The notes under the pieces are model-generated. The model had not been told where the DNA came from. It was given only the letters and a program-made list of their open reading frames with translations, and searched no databases. A stretch of 61,154 bases of DNA, the filler included, from Sluysia triapertura (lineage: Eukaryota), in assembly GCA_046118255.1 (NCBI GenBank). It is 5 parts of 5 records of this genome, joined end to end, with 100 filler letters (N's around TTAATTAATTAA, not from the genome) between each part and the next. Parts side by side here need not be neighbours in the genome. Positions count along the whole stretch, not along the records: positions 46,939 to 61,154 come from JBJNIA010003114.1; 4 more parts are not named here. One strand, 5' to 3'. The translations under genes and the position numbers were made by a program. This document shows, piece by piece, positions 52,901 through 61,154 of the stretch; position 1 is the stretch's first letter; each line of letters begins with the position of its first letter.

Positions 52901-55900
52901 TGTGTAAGCCGTTTACTATAATCCGACCGTGCTAAAATTAATTTTGCCATATGTTAAGAGTTAAGCAAACCACAGCATAAGAATATTTTGACTGAATTAT
53001 GGCTTAATTGATGAATTTTTCAGGAAACATTTTCATTTAAACATAATGTATGGAAAAAAAGAAAATTTTAGAGATAAATCAATGGAAGTGTAATGAGATG
53101 AATTATAAATGTTGGAAAACAATATTGTAAAATATTTAAAAAATTATAGTTACAGAAAAATTACGTATTTTTATTCTTTTTAAATTTTGAATTGTGAAAT
53201 ACCATTTGGAAACATTCACGAGTGCAAATTGTTCGACAGTTATAAAGAAAAAATTAGTATTAGTATTATTAGACTAAAACAGGAAAAATATGTTTTTCTT
53301 TCGTTTTCTTATTATTTGCTACCCTGGCTTGGAAATTCTCCAAACATGAATCACATAGAAAATCTGTGGGAGATTGTCAAAAGGAAAGTTTCTATCCATA
53401 AACCAACCACCAGGACGGAACTTATTGAAACCATGATAAAACCAAGTTCATCCGTGACATGTATACAAGGAGGGCAAATAAAATACTGATACAACAGTTT
53501 GTACATATTTGATTTATAGTAAATTGTGCTTTCATTTAATATGAATAAAATTTCTGTAATGTTTTGGATCTCAGTATTTTTATCTATTATTTTACTTTCA
53601 CCAGAAATTCAGTAACAATTTCGGACAAAAGTAATAATTATTACAGTTTAAAAAATGAAATTATTATTTTATTACATCATCATAAAATTATTTATGAAAT
53701 TTATTTATGTATCGATGGAATTGAAGTTATTGTTATGCTATGAAATTTATGCTACACTATTATAAAATAATTATACTAACTATTAGGAAATATCATAATT
53801 TGAAATTACTATTTTGCTACATTACTATAAAATTATTATCGATGGAATTAATAGAAAAATTACGATATAAATAGATGAAAAATTGTTAGACAGAACAATA
53901 AAAATTTTTGTAAGAAGTAATTTGGTCTAGTGATTTTGCAATTTTAAATCCAGTTAATTGAAGCTGTCAGCATTGAAAGTTTTGAATATATTTACTATTC
54001 TATTTGTGGCCACATAAACCTACAACACAGTTATCAATATATGAACATTTCAAATATATTTATCATTTTATTCGCGAACGCATAAACGTTGTAAAACATT
54101 TATTTATTTTCGAAGATTCATTTAACCACTAAACAGGTGAGAATAATATTATTCTAATTGTTCGAAATTTAAATTACTTTAATATTAATAATCATAAATA
54201 TATCAATTCTATTCTTAAAGTGTCTAAATTAATCAAAAATCTTATTATTTATAAACCAAGTGACATTTTAATAGTAAATTTTATTATAAATCTGACTGAA
54301 TTTGATTGAATATCCAAGAAGGAGCTGCCAAGGGAAAGAATAAAATAATATCGAAAATAATTGAAAATAATATCGATATTTTTCTTTTATTGAGATTAGA
54401 GTTGAATTCAAGGACTTACGCTAAATAAAATAAAATAAAATAGATAAAATAAAAACTTAATTTGCGTTTTCATTTCAGGTATCCGATCTCACACTTCTTA
54501 ATATAATAAATCTAATATACAAATTTACTTACAAAGCAAAACGATAAAGAATAATAATTGATATAAGTGAAGATATTTAGACTATTACGGAGGACTAAAA
54601 GTGCATTGAAAAATAGTAAAATTTTATAAAATTTACATTAGAGTTTAATTTTAGTTAAAATTAAAGTAAAGTGAGCATATTGACAAAAGATTTACGATAG
54701 TATTAATAAGAATTCATAAAGAAAGTTGCATTGATTGTAAAAACATCCAGAAAGCATTCAAAGACATTTTAAGTTTTATAAAGAATTATTACTAAACAAC
54801 ATAATTTTTAAATTTTACAATTTGAATAAAAATAACAAAAAGTGGAAACAACCTATAGTAGAAATATTCCATTTGTGAATATATTTCTCAATAAATTGCT
54901 AATATAACAATATATAAATTGAAAAAATAGAACAAAACAAGTGCAAAAAATGAAATTTTTCTAATGACATTTTCCCGGTGGATATAAAAATGCTTTTAAT
55001 TTTACTTTCAAAATTGATAAACTTGCCGAATTGTAAAAATAGTTAACGATATTAATAGTATGATCATTTCTCGCGAAAGTCGTTAAAATACTTATTTTTA
55101 AAAGAATTTGCGGAAATTGTTAGTGCAATCAACACTTAGATGAACCAGAATATTCATACGGTCTTGTTTTGATGAATGTCCAAGAATTAAGGCACAAGCT
55201 GAATAAAAAAACCCTTAATGGCGTGTAGTATTTGAATTTATGGTATTTTTCATTAATTTTTTTTGATCAAGGACCCTTGCTAATTCAAATGATGTCAATA
55301 TTCATTATTTAAATAGTTGTGATATCAAGCTTCGAAACTGTTTTGAAGTTACACCACAACTTACGTATATGAGGATGTGTCGTTGTTACGGATCAAATTA
55401 GAGGTCCACCGATATTCTAAACGCCCTCCAAATTCACTCCTCAAAACAAGCGTATATTCAAAAAAATTACAAGCTTTATTTAATTTTCTAAACCATTATT
55501 ATTTTGGAAATTATTTAACCTAAAGCGAATTTCATTGGCCAAAAACTATCCAATCAAATTTCAAAAAACTAACTTGATACAAGACGGTTTCCATGTGTTC
55601 AGCACACCACGGTAATTTGTTAGTGACCATGTAAATCACTACACAACCTAATGACCACACATCCACTTTCTGATCATAATATCCATCCATTGGTTGATCG
55701 GGGCTGTCAGATAGAGCTACCTGAAGTGAAACTTACATATTCGATTTACATGTAATTCAATAATGAATTCTATCAAACATAGAAATGTTTGAGTTAAATC
55801 GTACTTGGAACAATAAAACTCGCAAACAGATTTAATTTTAAAAATTTCAATCAAAGTTGGCACACATTAATAGATTTATAGTTATTTATAGTGCTAAAGA

Positions 55901-58900
55901 TAGAAGATCTTTGAATCATATTTTCTCAAAATACACAGCTGAAAACTTTAAAAAAAGGTTTCTTTATTATCCTTGATTATTATCGTTTGTTGACTTTCGT
56001 TAAAGATGAAGAGGAACAAAAGAATTATAACTCATAACAAGAAATTGTGATAATAAAATAAGTTTATAAAATATTAAAATCAGAATAATATAATGAAAGG
56101 TACGAAGAAATAAGGTTTTATTTGTTAAAATATTAAAGTACATATGTTAATTAATGTCAATAAAATTATTTCAATTTTGTTAATTTGGTGAAAAATATTT
56201 GTTCACGATAAAATAACATTAGAATTAGTGTGTAATGCTGAATTTTATTAGTATTCTTAATGATGAAGTGTTACGAAGCACGTTGACGCGGATAACGTAA
56301 AAATTAGTTATTTTAATTAGTTTTTATAATCTAAAATTAAATTAAAATTAAATAATGTATGTATTAAATTAATGCTCATAAAGATACCAACTCAAATATG
56401 TTATTGAAATCAACGTATTATATGAAAGATTGCTAAAGAAAAATAATTTGGTATTTGATTAGTTTTACGTTTATTTTAAGTTGATAAATTGTGTTAATAA
56501 GAGAATATTAATGTTAAATTTTGATTTAGTCATTTTGAAAGGGTAAGGGGATTGTTTATCACAAATTGTGTAATTGCAAGATACACTGAAATTGGAAACC
56601 GACGGAAATTTAATTATTGAAATTGGTCTGCTTCTGACCGTCTTAAAAGAATGAATAGTTTTATAAGTAATTATTTCTGTACTTTTCAATTTTCAATCTC
56701 CTAAGCGGTTACCCAACTGCTGCATGAACAATCAGATTTCTGTAGTAAAAAAGAAAAAGATGGCTTGACAAAAAGAAGACTTTACAATACTTTACCTCCA
56801 TTATGGAGGCTGCCCCAACACATTTGTGATTAAGACTGTAATTAAGGACTCATCTTTAACAAACTTTAAAAAGTGTAGTTCTGCTTTTGTTAACGTTAGT
56901 AACCTATGTTCTTATTATTTTATTATTGTTAATGCGTGTGTCAACAATTATCGTGTTATGCCAACCCTGGATTTTTATAGATTTAGTATTTTATAGACAG
57001 TGATTTATAACTTTAAATTTTTGTATTGAGGATAAATTATAAAAGAATAGTTATTAATTTATTGTGATAATTAAAAATATATTGCGATTTTGTTACTTTA
57101 ATTATTGATTTATAATAGAATATTTTTTGAATAAAGACAACACATTTACTAGCTTTGTTTCAGTAAAAGATCGAATATACAATTAACACTTAAAGCGCAG
57201 AAAATTTATAGAAGCAAAAGTTCTAAAAAAGTTTATCTATTTATTAAAATCGTGTGAAATTTTGAAAAACCGTGTAAAAAATGGTGTGTTATTTAAGAGT
57301 TATTTCATTTGATGTATAAAAATGTATGCGTCTTCAAATTCCGTAACATAGCTGGCGCTTTAAGTGTTAAATACAATATTGAAATACAAATTTTCAAATA
57401 GACGTGCAGTTGAAACTAACTTCTGGCGCCATATACATGCAAGTTCCATAAATACCTTGAGTTTTGTAGCCATACCTAGTTTCATTTAATCTAACAGCTG
57501 CTCCCAAATCTCCCAATTTGGCGTGACAATTCTTAGTACAATGATCGTGAACTAGAAAAATATTCTCCGGTTTTACATCTCGATGTACTATTTTCTGAAA
57601 TTATCTTTTATTTAATAATAATAATATATTAATTTATTGAGCTCATATTTACTGCGTACTTACGCTTAAAATAAATCATTCACCATAATATTTCTGAAAC
57701 AGAAACAACTTTACCTTTTTCTTAAATATTTCATAATCTTACAGTAATTTGACATTCTATTTTTATACTCATTCCAATAATAATGATAAACTACTTTCTA
57801 CAATGCCATTTCATTATGTTAAATAATTTTATTCAATAACATATTAAAGCAAGTAAAATAATAAAAATATAATTAATAATAATAATAAAACAGTTAATAA
57901 AACAATTAAATTAAATTCATTTTGACAAATTAGAAAATTGGACTCTCAAACAATATGGATTTTTCCTTTTTCTTGCTCGATCAGTTTATTTCATTGGCTG
58001 TCCTTCCTCTTTCTAATAATAGATTCAATTATTTCACCTTACTCCGTATTCCGAAATTAAAGATAGACATTAAAAATTTGTCAATATTTTTACTTGTTCT
58101 TTAGAAGATAATCACATTAGAAAATATTTTTATGGGACCTCTTTGATTATTAAATATATAATTTGATGCCTATTTCAAAATGGATCGAAATTAGCGCTAT
58201 AAGTAAAAGCAATATCAACAGTGTTAATACGATAGGTAATAGGTTATGCACCGCTTGTTTCAAAAATATACAACCAGTGCTACCAGAGAATGTCAAATTA
58301 TTGGAAGATTATGAAATATTTAAGAAAATGGCATGGTTCTTTCTGTTATTAGCACAATATAAATTGATATAAATTATTACTACTATTGTTCTTTTAGTTT
58401 AGATTGTCACTATATTTCCTCATACCTTTCAAACATTCATCTGTATTTATCTCATATAACAATTTTCAAGCTTCCTTGAATCTTTATTATTATAATGAAA
58501 TACTGAATGGGGACACAAAATTGTTTTAAATAAAAAATACGAAAATTATTATTATTACTATTATTATTATTATTATTATTATCATCATCATCAAAATTCA
58601 AAAAGGACATTCTGTTTATAGGATTAATTTTATATCAATTGTATGCTTATTTTCTTATTCTTATTTTAAGAAACTGCTAGAGAACAAGGAACCTGAACTA
58701 ATTTTTCAATTTAATTCTTCAAAATAATAATAACTCACCTTGTCATGCATATAAACGAGCGCATTTAACACTTGACTTGTCCACTGTCTCAGAATTAGTT
58801 CATGAACCCCTGGAGTACGGCAAATTTCTGCAACAGTTCCTTCATCACAATATTCCATAAACAACCTTACATGACTCAACTGAACATCAGCACCATAAAA

Positions 58901-59094
58901 CGCGACCAGATTCTGATGGTGTAATTGACACAACATTTCATATTCGCCGGAGTATGCCGATCTAGATCGTGGATGAGTTAGAGTAATTTCTTTCATGGCC
59001 ATGACTGAAGGTACATGACATGCACCACTACCACTCACACTGGAATTTTTGGCACTGTCCAAATAATGCACTCTGTACACTTTACTCGTATTAC
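49962..59094 (-). CDS. MAP3K (MEKK4/MAP3K4-like) C-terminal kinase domain, last four exons; 5' exons not resolved
   Basis: Exons 58739-59094, 57421-57594, 55574-55720, 49962-50129 with canonical sites and consistent phase. Motifs MAMKEI, LFMEYCDEGT, IVHRDVKPENIFL, KLGDLG, GTCMYMAPEV, DVWSLGCVV, PDKRP, then TAG. Confidence 0.9.
51044..51195 (-). mobile_element. tRNA-Ala-like cassette element, copy 5 (internal deletion; TSD not recognisable)
   Basis: TGTTAGATTTCATAAAATGGACTGACC..TCGAACCCGGGACC..GTCTAACAA..TGGCACTTTAGGCCT..TCCCAATA. Confidence 0.8.
51230..51900 (+). mobile_element. pogo/Tigger-like DDE transposase remnant
   Basis: SLNRRMKGRKLVL/LLD; CNLAKIIP*MSHAWHSIR.KTV; broken frames. Confidence 0.5.
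51935..52075 (-). mobile_element. tRNA-Ala-like cassette element, copy 6 (TSD CTAT)
   Basis: CTAT|TCTTAGAC...GCCAACA|CTAT; near-complete tRNA-like body. Confidence 0.85.
52415..52510 (+). mobile_element. piggyBac transposase remnant
   Basis: ITMFDEMVLYLNNTMYNKSHNPEKPAAKL, cf. piggyBac IDE.LV.F.GR...QY.P.KP.K.G. Confidence 0.4.
53310..53489 (+). mobile_element. Tc1 transposase C-terminal remnant
   Basis: PWLGNSPNMNHIENLWEIVKRKV (WP..SPDLNPIENLW) and the terminal IQGGQIKY*. Confidence 0.8.
57187..57366. mobile_element. 180-bp TTAA-targeting MITE (piggyBac-like) in a MAP3K intron
   Basis: TTAA|CACTTAAAGCGC ... GCGCTTTAAGTG|TTAA, perfect 12-bp TIR. Confidence 0.8.
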
Positions 59095-61000
59095 CTGAAT
59101 TAAACAATTCGTTTATAAGTCAATTATTTAAAATACAAATAAATAATTAATAATTAATTTAATAAAATAATGAATTACAGACTTTTTAAATATATGCGGC
59201 TAGTCGAATGTGATAATCGATTAAATCATGTTAAAATCAAATTTTAATGGCATGTGTGTTAGGTGTAACTCGAAATAAGATAAAGTGTGTAATCACAGTC
59301 ACCCATTATCACCATAAGATTTTCATAAAATGAGATTAGAATGTGAAGATTTTTAAATGAGAATATGTTAGTTGTTTTGTGTTTTGAAATTTGGGACCGT
59401 GGTTTTTATATTACTGTAAATAAAGTATTGTATTTAAAAATAAACGAAATATTGTAAGTTTAATATTTTGTATTACTGTCAATTTATTTATATTTTTAAT
59501 TTTATTAATCAGTTTAAAATTTAATTTTATCACAATAAACTAGTTGACAATTTTAAAAATATACTCAAAAATAAAAATTAAATCGTTTAAATAAAACAAT
59601 CAAGGACAAAAAATATATATATAAATAGACCATACATGTGAGACATAATAAAAAAATTTTAATATCTTGCCTGCGAAAATTGTATTCCAAATAAACTCTT
59701 TATTTATTCTAATTGTATTTATAACTATAGTTTTTCTTTTTTGTAATACATTTATTCAGTGAATTCGAATTTTTTTAACGACATAAACTTGAAATGACCA
59801 ATTTGTTTCGAAATGATCTTTCTAATATAGATCATCGATAAAATCTCGTAATTTATATTGTAAAATAATATTTCATAGGTGAAAACTAAAAGAAATCTAA
59901 TCTCGCTAATAGGCGGTAATAAAATAATTAGTAAGGTCTAAAATTCGATTAATCTCGCAGACATAGAATCTCGATTAAAAGCGGACATAGAATCACATTA
60001 AAGAAGGAACACAATATAAAGTCTGAGATTCCATTTAAGGGGAAATCTTTATAAAGTATTGTTTAAGGTTTGATTTAAATAACAAACCTAAATAAATTTT
60101 TAATTTCAAGGCTTCCTTTAAAACAAAACCAGATTAAAATAATATTGAATTTCATATAACATTAGTGACTTACACTGAAGAAACCCTAAAATTTCAGTTA
60201 AATATTATGCAAAATATAAAGTAAAACTTAAGTTTAGCTTAAATCCGTTTACTTCCAGTAAACTTTCGTTCTTATTTAAAAAATCCAACGGTCTAGCAAT
60301 ATTTACTTTTATTTATTCGTTACATCTTCAAACAGAATAAACTGGTGCCCAGAGTGAGGACCCGCTCATATAAGAATAATCAATAATAAATCACAAATTT
60401 CATTAAAATCCATAAAATAATTTGCATTCCAAATTAAACATTAAAAAAATTTTTTAAAATAATTAATTTCGCTTCCTAAAAATATTAAATAGTTAAATAG
60501 TACAATACTTTATTTACAGTACTTATCATTGGCTGGAAGAAGTTTGATGGAGAGCAGGTAATAAGCACACATGTTTCAAAATAATTGGCTGTGCATAAGT
60601 TGGTTTTGTAAACTCGCAGAAAGTTTACTATGATCATCATGGTTGATACAGTCTTGATTAACACCATTGAAATTATACGATCTGGGTTCTAAAATGTACT
60701 TACCAATTTGTTATAAAGTTTCATGGAAAAATTATTTTTACGATTTTAAATTAAAATTTAAAATTTTCAGTTACTAAGGAGAGCCATGAAATAAATTTTA
60801 CTAACGGGCGAACTACCCCAAAAAATTCAAAACTGTATACTGAATACAATAAATAGAGCATAATTTGTTAATTAAAAAAATGCGAAATCCGAAATTTCTG
60901 TGGAGCTGTTCGTTGTCTACTGGTGGTGTTGTTGTTTTGATGAGTTTGTCATTTGAATTTTGACCCTTTATACACTTTGCATCATAATCATCATTTAGAT

Positions 61001-61154
61001 CAGTGATTCCCAAACTTTTTGGTCATACCGCCCCCTTTTCAGAATAAATATTACTTAGCGTCCCCAAACAAACCCATACCACATTTTTTAAAACTTTTAG
61101 TAGCAATTTATATAAAAATCTTAATGTCATTATTTTTTTCATTAAATATATTAA
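61001..61154 (+). mobile_element. Left end of a hAT-like MITE
   Basis: CAGTGATTCCCAAACTTTTT..CCGCCCCC is typical of hAT/Charlie termini; the other end is outside the window. Confidence 0.5.

Noticed and set aside
60485-61013. ORFs 60485-60667 and 60813-61013 as upstream MAP3K exons
   Set aside because: No recognisable homology or consistent splice pair; the latter starts inside the hAT-like end.

Overview
Very AT-rich metazoan genomic DNA. It consists of five contigs joined by artificial 100-nt linkers (44N-TTAATTAATTAA-44N), so adjacency across linkers is not evidence. Tiny 36-45 bp introns suggest a compact parasitic genome; an orthonectid such as Intoshia is my guess only. Host genes: the first two coding exons of discs-large (L27 domain), one Scribble/LAP-type LRR exon, a complete 4-exon NSUN5, an intronless prefoldin-3 (VBP1), and four kinase-domain exons of a MAP3K (MEKK4-like). 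The rest is mostly mobile DNA: decayed Ty3/Gypsy pieces (LTRs, tRNA-Lys PBS, gag, PR-RT-RNaseH), two copies of a chuvirus-like envelope gene, piggyBac/Tc1/pogo/hAT remnants and MITEs, and degenerate host-gene fragments (TRNT1, Sec24, CDK). Two candidates for something undescribed stand out. (1) A ~150-bp element in six copies carries a tRNA-Ala-like Pol III cassette internally but has TGTT...AACA ends and 4-bp target-site duplications, so it looks integrase-mobilised rather than a SINE. (2) A Gypsy-type LTR lineage appears to carry a chuvirus-like fusion glycoprotein, and its LTRs conserve hairpin architecture without conserving sequence. All family assignments come from manual translation and recalled motifs; no searches were run.
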